Positions 19,318-28,687 of a stretch of DNA of 64,000 nt are shown here, piece by piece; the stretch's first letter is position 1; the number at the start of each line of letters is the position of its first letter. The translations under genes were made by a program, and so were the position numbers. The stretch spans positions 1,550 to 65,549 of the forward strand of contig JAFALY010000030.1 of the NCBI GenBank assembly GCA_019233975.1. The letters run 5' to 3'. This DNA comes from Alphaproteobacteria bacterium. Lineage in GTDB: Bacteria; Pseudomonadota; Alphaproteobacteria; UBA9219. The notes under the pieces were generated by a model, which made no database searches, was not told where the DNA came from, and saw nothing but the letters and a program-made list of their open reading frames with translations.

Positions 19318-19527
19318 TCAGACCGTAACGTCTACCAGACTGCCGCGCGGCAGATTGGCAGAAGGTGGTGTGTTATTAGCAGCCACCAAGTTTTTGCTGC
19401 TGGTCGTTGCTTCTGACTGATTAATGATGGCTTGCGCCACTTTCGGCGGGGCTTTGGGCGTTGTTTGCGCTAATTGCTGAGTGCGCAACAGGCTGTTAAC
19501 CGCGCCGTTATTGACGGAATCTACCAT
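19318..19527 (-). CDS. Hypothetical small protein (69 aa), low-complexity, ending RGSLVDVTV
   Basis: ORF only. Sits between a terminator and the gltX stop. No recognisable motif. Confidence 0.3.
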   Translation of the reverse strand: MVDSVNNGAVNSLLRTQQLAQTTPKAPPKVAQAIINQSEATTSSKNLVAANNTPPSANLPRGSLVDVTV

Positions 19528-19682
19528 TTGTCATCCTTCCTTTGATGATTTGGCCCATCCTGAGCGCGGCACTGATGCGATTCTGATCATCCTGATCGGT
19601 TGCATCATATTCGCCCACATCCCTCAAGAAAAGGTTAAACTTCAACCACGCTTGAGAAAAAGCACCTAACAAATTGAATTGC

Positions 19683-21098
19683 TTAGGCAGCAGAACGCAA
19701 CCGGCGTTGTGCCTCATCCTTACCAATCAACGCCACCGCGCCAAAAATGGGCGGCGACACTGTAGAGCCGGAAATAGCGGCGCGCAGCGGCTGCGCGACA
19801 TTACCGAGCTTGAGCCCCTTCTCTTCGGCATAGCCACGGCAGGCAGCCTCAACAGCCTCTGTCGTAAAATCATCCAGAGTATCTAACCGCACGGCAAGAT
19901 CCGTTAGAACTTGCTTGGCTTCGGGGGTCAACAGCTTTTGCGCTTTTTCATCCAGCGGCTGCGCGTCAAAATAGAACTTCGCCATATCGGCGATCTCCAG
20001 AAGTGTCTGTGCGCGCGGCTTCAGATCCGGCATCGCCTGTGTCAGACGCGCAGTCTCGGCCGCCGTCAGGGCGCGCGACAAACGTGTTTCCAAGAACGGT
20101 TGGACCAGTTGCGTCAGTTCCCTGTCCGGCCTTTGTTTGATGTAATGCGCGTTCAGGCTGGACAGTTTCGTATAATCAAAACGTGCCGCCGATTTACCAA
20201 CGCCGTCCATGTCAAACCAGGCAATGGCCTGTTCAACCGATATAATCTCATCATCGCCATGCGCCCAGCAAAGACGCAGCAGGTAATTAATCAACGCCTC
20301 TGGCAGATACCCCTGATCGCGGAAATCCGTAACGGACGCCGCACCATGACGCTTTGAGAGTTTTCCACCATCGGGGCCAAGGATCATCGGGAAATGCGCG
20401 AATTGCGGCACATCCCAACCCATGGCCTTATAAATCTGCACCTGCCGGAACGTATTGGTGAAATGGTCATCACCGCGCATGACATGCGTAATGCCCATAT
20501 CGTGGTCATCAACAACAACCGCCAGCATATAGGTCGGCGTGCCATCGGCACGCAACAGGACCATGTCATCCATCTGCGTATTCTGAACCGTGACTTCACC
20601 CAGCACCAGATCACGTACAACCGTTTCACCCGTCAATGGTGCTTTCAGTCGTATAACGGGATTAACACCGGCGGGCGCTTCACTGGCCGACCGGTCACGC
20701 CAGCGTCCGTCATAACGCATGGGCTGCCCCTTGGCCTTTTGCTCAGCGCGCATGGCTTCCAGTTCTTCGGGCGAGCAATAGCAGTAATAGGCCTTGCCCT
20801 CCGTCAGCAATTGCTGGGCCACGGCGGCGTGACGTTCGCGTTCGGCAAACTGTGAATAGTAATTGCGGCCCGGATAGTTTTTGTTATCCCAGTCCATGCC
20901 CAACCATTGCAGGCCCTGCAAAATAACCTCGACCGCTTCCGGCGTTGAACGCTCACGGTCCGTGTCCTCGATACGCAAGAGGAACTTGCCGCCGTGATGC
21001 TTGGCGTACAGCCAGTTGAAAAGCGCGGTACGGGCATTACCAATATGCATAAAGCCGGTCGGCGAGGGCGGAAAGCGGACGACAATGGTCATGGGCAA
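19683..21098 (-). CDS. gltX: Glutamyl-tRNA synthetase
   Basis: HIGNARTALFNWLYAKHHGGKFLLRIEDTD and KLSKR motifs. Confidence 0.92.
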   Translation of the reverse strand: MPMTIVVRFPPSPTGFMHIGNARTALFNWLYAKHHGGKFLLRIEDTDRERSTPEAVEVILQGLQWLGMDWDNKNYPGRNYYSQFAERERHAAVAQQLLTEGKAYYCYCSPEELEAMRAEQKAKGQPMRYDGRWRDRSASEAPAGVNPVIRLKAPLTGETVVRDLVLGEVTVQNTQMDDMVLLRADGTPTYMLAVVVDDHDMGITHVMRGDDHFTNTFRQVQIYKAMGWDVPQFAHFPMILGPDGGKLSKRHGAASVTDFRDQGYLPEALINYLLRLCWAHGDDEIISVEQAIAWFDMDGVGKSAARFDYTKLSSLNAHYIKQRPDRELTQLVQPFLETRLSRALTAAETARLTQAMPDLKPRAQTLLEIADMAKFYFDAQPLDEKAQKLLTPEAKQVLTDLAVRLDTLDDFTTEAVEAACRGYAEEKGLKLGNVAQPLRAAISGSTVSPPIFGAVALIGKDEAQRRLRSAA

Positions 21099-21156
21099 AT
21101 TACTGTTCTGATGCTAGGGTGCGTTTGTTTCTATCAGCAATCTAGCCCCAAAGTTT

Positions 21157-23274
21157 GTGCGCGTGAACCCCCTCCTCCAACCTTTTCTGTGGCTTGGCGC
21201 CACACTGCAGAAAGAGCAGCAACGGTGGGTTTTATGGGTTCCCCTGGGTATCGCGTGCGGCATCGGCCTGTACTTTGCCCTGCCCTTTGAGCCCGGCATG
21301 GCCGCACTCGGCCTGACACCACTGGCCGCCCTCGCCACCTATTTACTACGTTATAAAACAGGCCTGTTCATACCCGCCCTAACCTTGTTAACCGTGGCAC
21401 TGGGCTTCAACGCATCACAAATCGACACGAGGCTGAATTACACGCCGATGCTGAACCGCGAAAGCGGTGTGCAATCTGTAACCGGCAATTTGATTTATAC
21501 CGAAGTTATGCCCGAAGGCGTGCGCCTGACATTAAAGGACGTGGTCATTGGACGTATAGCACCGGAAAACACACCCACTAAAATCCGCATTAAAATGGGC
21601 AACAAGGGATTGGCGGATGTGCCGCCGCCCGGATCACGGATCAGCCTATGGGCACAAACCGGTCCGTTCAGCGAACCTGTTTCCCCTGACGCCAACGACT
21701 TCCGTCGCCAAAGCTATTTTCGACAATTAGGGGGGCTGGGATGGTCCTACAGCAAAATCACATTGGTAGATGCTTCACCACCCTTATCATGGCGCGACCA
21801 GTTCAACCTGACATTTGAAAAAGCGCGGTCGACACTGGCACACCATGTCTATGCGCGCCTGTCGGGTGACGTTGCCGCGATGACAGTCGCCCGCTTGAAC
21901 GGCGAGCAAACCGGCATATCAAAACCCGTGATCGAGGCGATGCGCATAGCGGGACTGGCCCATTTGCTTTCAACCTCAGGCTTCCACGTCACCATCATGG
22001 GCATCCTGATTTACTACCCGCTGCGCGCCATGCTGGCGCTTATTCCGTGGGTGGCCTTGCGCTTTCCTATCAAGAAATGGGCGGCAGGCGGCGCCATTCT
22101 TTCAACCACGCTTTATACGCTGCTGGTCGGCTCACAGGCAGCGACGTTGCGGTCGTTGTTGATGAGCTGTATCGCCATGCTGGCGATTATCGGTGATCGC
22201 CGGTCCAACGCAATGCGCCTTGTTACATTGTCGGCAACACTGGCCATGCTGTTGGCGCCAGATGCCGCGCTCGGCCCCAGTTTTCAGATGTCGTTTGCCG
22301 CTGTTTTTTGTCTGATTGCCTCACATGAAAGGACGCTCGGCTGGCTGGCGTCAAGCGACCACGCCCTGCAACTGCCGGGGCCAATACGCGGCTTTTTCCA
22401 CCACATGAAAAGCATCATCACAACGTCCTTGATCGCAACAGCCGCGACAACGCCCTTTGCTATCTATCATTTTCAGACCTTTAGCTTCTACGGCTTCATC
22501 GCGAACATGGCTGCCATTCCGATGACCAGCTTCTGGGTTATGCCCGCCATTTTGATGGCCTATCTGACCGCGCCGTTTAATATGGATGGCTGGTTTATCG
22601 ATGTCGCGGGCAGCGGCATTGCCCTGACTATCAAAATTGCGACTACGGTCGCCGCGTGGCCTTACTCCATCCTCTATCTGCCTGCCATGCCATGGGTTGC
22701 CCTGATGCTGATTATTCTGGGCGGATTGTGGCTTTGCAACTGGCAACATAAATGGCGATGGGCCGGATTACTACCGGTCATCGTTGGGGCAGCGTATCCG
22801 CTATACACACACCAACCGGATGTCATGGTTGCCGCCGGTCCCAAAGTTTGGGCCGTCCGTCTGGATGACGGACGCCTAGCCGCCTCCAATCTGGACAAAG
22901 ACAATTTTGTGTATGAACAATGGCAATTACGTGCAGGCAACCCGTCCTTGCTGGATGTCACTGCGTTGGGTGACGACACCCCGCAAATGCGTTGCGATGC
23001 AATCGGCTGCGTCTATACAAAAGCGGGGCACCGCGTTGCCCTTCCCACAATACCCGCCGCGTTGTTGGAAGATTGCCGCAACAGCGATATTGTTATCGCC
23101 ACTGTTAAGGCCACCGATTGCCATGCACCCTATGTTTTGGATGACCCCACATTCTGGCGCCATGGCTCAGCCAGCCTGTATCTGACCGGCAAAACCGTGC
23201 GAATTGAGCGCAACCGCACACGCCGCGCCGTGCGCCCCTGGTCACCAGGATGGCGGCAAGATAAAGACGAATAA
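21157..23274 (+). CDS. comEC: ComEC/Rec2-family competence membrane protein
   Basis: ~700 aa polytopic membrane protein. Competence-domain segment LAHLLSTSGFHVTIMGIL. Divergent from gltX, as in many alphaproteobacteria. Confidence 0.7.
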   Translation: MRVNPLLQPFLWLGATLQKEQQRWVLWVPLGIACGIGLYFALPFEPGMAALGLTPLAALATYLLRYKTGLFIPALTLLTVALGFNASQIDTRLNYTPMLNRESGVQSVTGNLIYTEVMPEGVRLTLKDVVIGRIAPENTPTKIRIKMGNKGLADVPPPGSRISLWAQTGPFSEPVSPDANDFRRQSYFRQLGGLGWSYSKITLVDASPPLSWRDQFNLTFEKARSTLAHHVYARLSGDVAAMTVARLNGEQTGISKPVIEAMRIAGLAHLLSTSGFHVTIMGILIYYPLRAMLALIPWVALRFPIKKWAAGGAILSTTLYTLLVGSQAATLRSLLMSCIAMLAIIGDRRSNAMRLVTLSATLAMLLAPDAALGPSFQMSFAAVFCLIASHERTLGWLASSDHALQLPGPIRGFFHHMKSIITTSLIATAATTPFAIYHFQTFSFYGFIANMAAIPMTSFWVMPAILMAYLTAPFNMDGWFIDVAGSGIALTIKIATTVAAWPYSILYLPAMPWVALMLIILGGLWLCNWQHKWRWAGLLPVIVGAAYPLYTHQPDVMVAAGPKVWAVRLDDGRLAASNLDKDNFVYEQWQLRAGNPSLLDVTALGDDTPQMRCDAIGCVYTKAGHRVALPTIPAALLEDCRNSDIVIATVKATDCHAPYVLDDPTFWRHGSASLYLTGKTVRIERNRTRRAVRPWSPGWRQDKDE

Positions 23275-23275
23275 G

Positions 23276-23773
23276 CTAGTTTCGTTGAAGTCCTGCGGGC
23301 CGATCCAACTGCGTGCTGTTCGGCGGCGCTTGGCGTCCCGGGCCGTCCTGAGGCGGCTTCAGCATGCCCATTTGCGGATGTTCGCGTTTTTGCGCCTGCC
23401 AGACGGCTTCGGCGTGTTCGCTTTCCATACGAGTGCGCAAATTCTTCATGCGTTCATGCAAAGCTTCGCGACGATCATGAATATCTTTCAATCGCGTTTC
23501 GCAGTCGGCATTGCCGCCGGCATCACCGCAACGCGCGCGCACCTGTTCACGTTCGTTCTGTAATTGCTCATGCTCTTCGCGCAGCCGTTCGCGTTCTTCG
23601 CGGAAATCGCGGCGTTCGCGCCAGTCTTCATCTGGCTGTCCGTTGTTGTCAGGCATCGCCGCGTTGGGCGGTGGCGGCCCCGTCTCACCCGACTGAGCAT
23701 CCACAGGCCCGGTCACCATAAGCCCGAGCGAAAGCGCAAAGGCCAGCAACAAAAACTTCGTCGTCGCAGTCAT
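23276..23773 (-). CDS. Secreted hypothetical protein, highly charged (R/E-rich) with a Cys pair
   Basis: Signal peptide MTATTKFLLLAFALSLGLMVTGPVDAQ. Helical RE-rich segment. CGDAGGNADC motif. Confidence 0.45.
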   Translation of the reverse strand: MTATTKFLLLAFALSLGLMVTGPVDAQSGETGPPPPNAAMPDNNGQPDEDWRERRDFREERERLREEHEQLQNEREQVRARCGDAGGNADCETRLKDIHDRREALHERMKNLRTRMESEHAEAVWQAQKREHPQMGMLKPPQDGPGRQAPPNSTQLDRPAGLQRN

Positions 23774-23863
23774 GGCAAGGCCGTTTCAGTTCGTCTCATG
23801 GTTCATAGTAAACGAAAATTGGTATCAAATTATGGCACGATTGTGGTGAGCAGCAGGGGCCGC

Positions 23864-24442
23864 CTAAAACAATGAGCAGCGAATAACTTCTTTTTCCGTT
23901 ACGATATAATCCAGCAGCGCATCATGCTTTTCTAATGGAATATTGGGCATTTCCTGCACGGACAGGGCAACGCCAATAGCCATGATAGTCTTTGTGCAAC
24001 GCAACCCAGCCAATGTGCGGTCATAATAACCACCACCCTGCCCAAGTCGTGCCCCGCGCCGGTCAAAGGCCGTCAACGGCACCAACAGCACATCAGGCGT
24101 AACGGCGGCCGCAATCGACAAGGGTTCCTCAACCCCTTTCATGCCACGACGCATGACATCACCCGGCTTATAGGAGCGAAACAGCAACGGCCTGCTTTTT
24201 TCCTCAACAACAGGCATTGCCAACGGATGACCGTTGACATGGAAGAGGGTCAGAACAGGCTCAATATCGACTTCGTCCGGCAGGGCGCGATATCCGGCAA
24301 TAATCGCCTGCGCAGGCATGTCGACCTTGACGAATTGGTGCATAAACAGGGCGCCGCAATTCGGCGTGGCCAACAAGGCCTCTTTACGCAAAGCACGGGC
24401 AAGGCGACGCATCTCAACTTTTTGAAGCTGGTGTGGCGTCAT
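23864..24442 (-). CDS. ygfA: 5-formyltetrahydrofolate cyclo-ligase
   Basis: LGQGGGYYDRTL signature. Start taken at MTPHQL; the ORF is open back to 24550. Confidence 0.75.
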   Translation of the reverse strand: MTPHQLQKVEMRRLARALRKEALLATPNCGALFMHQFVKVDMPAQAIIAGYRALPDEVDIEPVLTLFHVNGHPLAMPVVEEKSRPLLFRSYKPGDVMRRGMKGVEEPLSIAAAVTPDVLLVPLTAFDRRGARLGQGGGYYDRTLAGLRCTKTIMAIGVALSVQEMPNIPLEKHDALLDYIVTEKEVIRCSLF

Positions 24443-24454
24443 GCTTTTTAAATT

Positions 24455-24650
24455 ATCCTGAAAATGTATGTGATGAAATAAAGCGGAAGGATCCACAATG
24501 GCCGGTGGTGGCGCTTCCTCCGCGGCCTGCACAAAGCAGGTGGGCGCCATATGACCAAGGCCACGGCCAAGATCAGGGACAGCTCCCTAAGAGGACTGAT
24601 TATCGGCCCCGGGGATATTGGCTACCTGTCGAACCCCGCAGATGCCTTCC
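24455..24650 (-). ncRNA. ssrS: Candidate 6S RNA (ssrS) in the zapA-ygfA spacer; strand and ends uncertain
   Basis: Synteny only. A conserved proteobacterial zapA-ssrS-ygfA arrangement is assumed. The ~200-nt non-coding spacer has potential pairing between GGAAGG (~24645) and CCTTCC (~24487) and a CCGCGG/GCGCC core. Confidence 0.3.
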
Positions 24651-24660
24651 AACACCTATA

Positions 24661-24972
24661 TTACGCACCACCGACCTGAGATGCAATATGCGCGACGCGT
24701 TGTTGTAAATGTTCTACGGCAGCGATCAGTAGCTCTTCATTATCTATGGAGCCCTTTTCAAGACGGTTTTTGATGTCCAGCAGTTCATCGGCCATGTGCA
24801 GGCAGGTCAACATCAAAAGGCGATTTTCTGTAGTGTTTCCAACAAGTTCGGAGACATCCTTCATCCGGGATTCAACAAATTCGACGATCTGGCGCAGGCG
24901 TTCTTCCTGACCCGGGTCACAATTAACCGTATATTCCCGCCCATAAAGGGTAATGCCGATTTTGCTAGCCAT
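24661..24972 (-). CDS. zapA: Cell division protein ZapA
   Basis: 103 aa with the ZapA pattern (ITLYGREYTVNC, C-terminal coiled coil). Conserved position upstream of ygfA. Confidence 0.75.
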   Translation of the reverse strand: MASKIGITLYGREYTVNCDPGQEERLRQIVEFVESRMKDVSELVGNTTENRLLMLTCLHMADELLDIKNRLEKGSIDNEELLIAAVEHLQQRVAHIASQVGGA

Positions 24973-24990
24973 CTTTAACCCCCGATGAAA

Positions 24991-25263
24991 TTAATGCCGC
25001 AGGATGCCTTCGACGCTGCCGATTGCCTGATCAAGGCGCGAGGCGACTTTCTGCGCGGTCGCTAGCACTTGTGCTTCCCGTGAACGGCTGAGTTTTAGAA
25101 GTTCGTTTTGTTTCTGCGCTGCTTCGCGGCGCGCACGATTATCAATGCCCACTTGCTCTTCCAAATCGGAAATTGCTTCATCCAGAGCTTCGAGGGCGTT
25201 TTTAAGGCGATCCATAACGGCTCCCAGCAGGCTATTGAGTCTTGTCAGACTAACGCCAAACAA
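24991..25263 (-). CDS. DUF4164-like coiled-coil protein (ZapB-like), conserved partner of zapA in alphaproteobacteria
   Basis: Small helical protein directly upstream of zapA. Start may instead be MDRLKNAL at 25215. Confidence 0.5.
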   Translation of the reverse strand: MFGVSLTRLNSLLGAVMDRLKNALEALDEAISDLEEQVGIDNRARREAAQKQNELLKLSRSREAQVLATAQKVASRLDQAIGSVEGILRH

Positions 25264-25326
25264 GTGTGCGCGTCAATTGATTCAAAGCGTTTGCCGCACC
25301 TGATAAACACCTATACTCTGCCCCGC

Positions 25327-26223
25327 ATGAAACATCATTTTCTTAAACTTAACGCCGACCATCAGGCGTTGCTACTGGCTTTTACCTGTTACACATTGTG
25401 GACCGTAGGCGATACCAGCATGAAGTTCGTCATGGACTATCATGTTCCGGTTTTGGAGGCATCAGCACTCATCAACACGCTGGCATCGATTCTGGTCATC
25501 CTCTGGTGTTGTCTGACAAAAACGACGCATAATCTGAAATCAAAGAATATTGCTACATCATTTGTGCGGGGGCTGTTCGGCACTGGCGTCAGTATCTGCA
25601 ACCTGCTGACACTATTACACCTGCCGCTTGCGCTGTTTTACACGATTGCCTTTACAGCCAGCTTCTGGATCGCCTTTGGCGGAAGCCTGTTTTTCAAGGA
25701 ACGCCTGCCGCCAGTCAAAATCGGTTTGATTATTCTGGGGTTCATCGGCGTGACCGTCTCCATTGACCCGCTGCATCTATCAACTGGCCACCTGGCTTTT
25801 ATCGGCCTTGCCGCCGCATTCACATCCGCCATTTTATTTTCGGCGATGCAGTTGATTGTTAAACACGCCACGCGAACGGAAACGCCCGAAAGCATGATGT
25901 TCATCAGTTGGGGCATGATCGGCATTTTGTGCGGTATCGCATCCCTGTTCGATCTGCATCCGTTTCCCCTGATTTTCTTGCTGCCCATTCTCGTGAAGTC
26001 ATTGTCCAGCGTCGCCGCCGGATATGCCATGTTCAACGCCATGAAGCGCGCGCATACATCGACCGTAGCGTCGCTACATTATACGCAGATTATACCGGGC
26101 GCCCTGTTCGGGTACGTAATCTGGCACAACATCCCCACATGGAATGTATGGATCGGCACTGCGATTGTCATAACCGCCGGGCTCGGGATGATTTATTTAA
26201 CAAAACTGCCCGCCAAAGCCTAA
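25327..26223 (+). CDS. EamA/DMT-superfamily transporter
   Basis: Ten predicted TM helices in two EamA repeats. Start at MKHHFL; the track ORF 25108.. overlaps the upstream gene on the opposite strand. Confidence 0.7.
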   Translation: MKHHFLKLNADHQALLLAFTCYTLWTVGDTSMKFVMDYHVPVLEASALINTLASILVILWCCLTKTTHNLKSKNIATSFVRGLFGTGVSICNLLTLLHLPLALFYTIAFTASFWIAFGGSLFFKERLPPVKIGLIILGFIGVTVSIDPLHLSTGHLAFIGLAAAFTSAILFSAMQLIVKHATRTETPESMMFISWGMIGILCGIASLFDLHPFPLIFLLPILVKSLSSVAAGYAMFNAMKRAHTSTVASLHYTQIIPGALFGYVIWHNIPTWNVWIGTAIVITAGLGMIYLTKLPAKA

Positions 26224-26338
26224 TTACCAAAACAACATTGTTGCTATAAATCTGCAAATATTTATTCGCACTGGACACAATCGGTTAAACAGAACAGGTA
26301 TATCGGAATATATAAAACTGCATTTATCGGAGCAGGTT

Positions 26339-26518
26339 ATGAAACTCACTCCAGAAGCCATTAAATACATTCAAAAGCTATATAAAGAATATTTAAAGAA
26401 AGAAGCCAAAAAGAACGGTGGCAAAGGAGACAAAGGGAAGCCACAATACAGTATGGTGGCTGAGCGCCCACTGGATATGGCGTTCCCTCCCATACGACTG
26501 CGCACAGACGATCTTTGA
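26339..26518 (+). CDS. Hypothetical small Lys-rich protein (59 aa) in a low-GC islet
   Basis: MKLTPEAIKYIQKLYKEYLKKEAKKNGGKGDKGKPQY... GGAGCAGG RBS 6 nt upstream. Local GC is far below the window average. Confidence 0.25.
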   Translation: MKLTPEAIKYIQKLYKEYLKKEAKKNGGKGDKGKPQYSMVAERPLDMAFPPIRLRTDDL

Positions 26519-26667
26519 GCGATACCGCAAGATTCTTGCACGCAACATTTGATCCTGCGCGAACATAACACGCTCAATTCATTGCAAGATTACAGTCCTA
26601 ATAATCTTGCCTGCGCGCGATGTTTCCGGCATGCTGCGCCCAACATTTTATTTACAGGATTTGCCAG

Positions 26668-28686
26668 ATGAACCTTGCTGCCCGCGCGCTTGAAACCGTT
26701 TCCGATCCGCAACACAAAGACATGGCAAACGCTATTCGCGCTCTTGCCATGGACGGCGTCGAAAAAGCCAAATCAGGCCACCCGGGTATGCCGATGGGCA
26801 TGGCAGATGTGGCGACAGTTCTTTATCGTCATTACCTGCGCTTTGACTCCCAAAACCCCGCATGGCCTGACCGTGACCGTTTCATTCTGTCCGCCGGACA
26901 TGGTTCGATGCTGCTGTACGCACTCGCCTACCTGACGGGTTACGAAAAAATGACGATCGAAGAGATCAAACAGTTCCGTCAGTGGGGCAGCCATACCCCC
27001 GGCCATCCGGAACATGATGTGGCGATTGGCGCAGAAACCACCACAGGCCCGCTGGGTCAAGGCATTGCGACATCCATCGGCTTTGCCTTGGGTGAGCGTA
27101 TGCTGAATGCGCGCTTTGGCAACGACCTTGTTAATCATCGCACCTTTGTCATCGCGTCGGATGGCGACTTGATGGAAGGCATCAGTCACGAAGCCGCTTC
27201 GCTGGCCGGTCATTTAAAACTGGGCCGCCTGGTTGTCTATTATGACGATAACAAGATCTCGATCGACGGTCCGACCAGCCTGTCCTTCAGCGAAGATGTT
27301 CAGGCGCGTTTCCGCGCTTATGGCTGGCATGTACAGGAAGTGGACGGCCACAATCCGGCCGCCATCATGCAGGCAACCGATGCCGCGTTGGCCGCCACGG
27401 ACAAGCCGTCGCTGATCGCCTGCCGTACCATCATCGGCTTCGGCTCACCGAAGAAACAAGGCACGAAGGATTGCCACGGCTCGCCGCTGGGCGCCGATGA
27501 GGTTGCCGCCGCGCGTCAGCAATTGGGCTGGAGCTACCCGGCCTTTGAAGTGCCGGAACACATTCTGAAGTCATGGCGCGATGTTGGCGTTCGCCACCAG
27601 ACCCAACGTCAGGCCTGGGAAGCCCGTCACAGCGTATCACCGAACCGCGCCGCGTTCGATGCTGCGCTAAGCGGTAACATTCCCCAAGCCGCGCTGGACG
27701 CCCTGCAACAGTTAAAGCAAAAGGTAGCAGCAGAGAAACCCAAGCATGCCACCCGCCAGTCTTCGGGCGCCGTGCTGGAAGCATTGCTGCCCGTACTGCC
27801 TGAACTGGTTGGCGGTTCTGCTGATCTGACGCCGTCAAACAACACGCAGGTTAAAGCGTTTAAATCCATCAGCCCCAGCGATTATGACGGGCGTTACATC
27901 CATTTTGGCGTACGCGAACATGGCATGACTGCCGCGATGAATGGCTTGGCATTGCATGGCGGGTTCATCCCCTATGGTGGCACCTTCCTGCAATTCGCGG
28001 ATTTCTGCCGCCCGTCCATCCGCCTGGCCGCGCTTATGCGCCAGCGCGTTATTTTCATCATGACGCATGACAGCATCGGCCTTGGCGAAGACGGCCCGAC
28101 GCACCAGCCGGTTGAACACATTGCCGCGCTACGCGCCATTCCGAACCTGCTGACCTTCCGCCCGTGTGACGGCGTGGAAACGGCAGAATGCTGGGAAACC
28201 GCCTTGCTGAACAAAGACCGCCCAAGCTTGATCGCCCTGTCACGTCAGGGTTTGCCCACGCTGCGCAGCCGTGATGGCAAAGCGTGCCCGGACAACCTAG
28301 CTGCCGTCGGCGGTTATGTGCTGGCCGGCATGGATGAAAAGCGCGATGTCACGCTGCTGGCCACCGGGTCAGAGGTTTCACTGGCCATGCAGGCCCGTGA
28401 ACAGCTGAAAGCCGAAGGCATCAACGCCGCTGTTGTTTCCATGCCCTGCTTCGCCCTGTTTGATGAACAGAGCGCGGATTACCGCGCCTCGGTCCTTGGC
28501 ACTGCGCCGCGAATCGCCATCGAGGCGGGCGTGCGTTTCGGGTGGGATCGCTACATCGGCGACAATGGCCGCTTCATTGGCATGAGCAGCTTTGGCGCCT
28601 CAGCCCCAGCCGAGCAGCTTTATCAGCAATTCGGTATCACGACCGAAGCGGCGGTAAAAGCTGCCAAGGAACTGGCGAAGAAGTAA
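26668..28686 (+). CDS. tkt: Transketolase
   Basis: ThDP-binding motifs GHPGMPMGMAD and GDGDLMEGISHEA. ~670 aa. Start at MNLAARAL. Confidence 0.92.
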   Translation: MNLAARALETVSDPQHKDMANAIRALAMDGVEKAKSGHPGMPMGMADVATVLYRHYLRFDSQNPAWPDRDRFILSAGHGSMLLYALAYLTGYEKMTIEEIKQFRQWGSHTPGHPEHDVAIGAETTTGPLGQGIATSIGFALGERMLNARFGNDLVNHRTFVIASDGDLMEGISHEAASLAGHLKLGRLVVYYDDNKISIDGPTSLSFSEDVQARFRAYGWHVQEVDGHNPAAIMQATDAALAATDKPSLIACRTIIGFGSPKKQGTKDCHGSPLGADEVAAARQQLGWSYPAFEVPEHILKSWRDVGVRHQTQRQAWEARHSVSPNRAAFDAALSGNIPQAALDALQQLKQKVAAEKPKHATRQSSGAVLEALLPVLPELVGGSADLTPSNNTQVKAFKSISPSDYDGRYIHFGVREHGMTAAMNGLALHGGFIPYGGTFLQFADFCRPSIRLAALMRQRVIFIMTHDSIGLGEDGPTHQPVEHIAALRAIPNLLTFRPCDGVETAECWETALLNKDRPSLIALSRQGLPTLRSRDGKACPDNLAAVGGYVLAGMDEKRDVTLLATGSEVSLAMQAREQLKAEGINAAVVSMPCFALFDEQSADYRASVLGTAPRIAIEAGVRFGWDRYIGDNGRFIGMSSFGASAPAEQLYQQFGITTEAAVKAAKELAKK

Positions 28687-28687
28687 G

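Noticed and set aside
24455-24650. Placing ssrS on the plus strand (plus-strand segment GGTGGCGCTTCCTCCGCGG loosely resembles E. coli 6S GUGGCGCUCCGCGG)
   Set aside because: 6S RNA is internally near-palindromic, so both strands look similar. Synteny (co-orientation with ygfA) favours the minus strand. Left as uncertain in the feature call.
24227-24708. Track ORFs 24227..24451(+), 24234..24425(+), 24433..24708(+) overlapping the ygfA 5' end and spacer
   Set aside because: Antisense to ygfA or within the putative ssrS spacer. No coding signatures.
26371-26577. 68-aa minus-strand ORF in the low-GC islet
   Set aside because: Hydrophobic, low-complexity translation with no RBS. The plus-strand 59-aa ORF with an RBS is the better candidate if anything is coding here.
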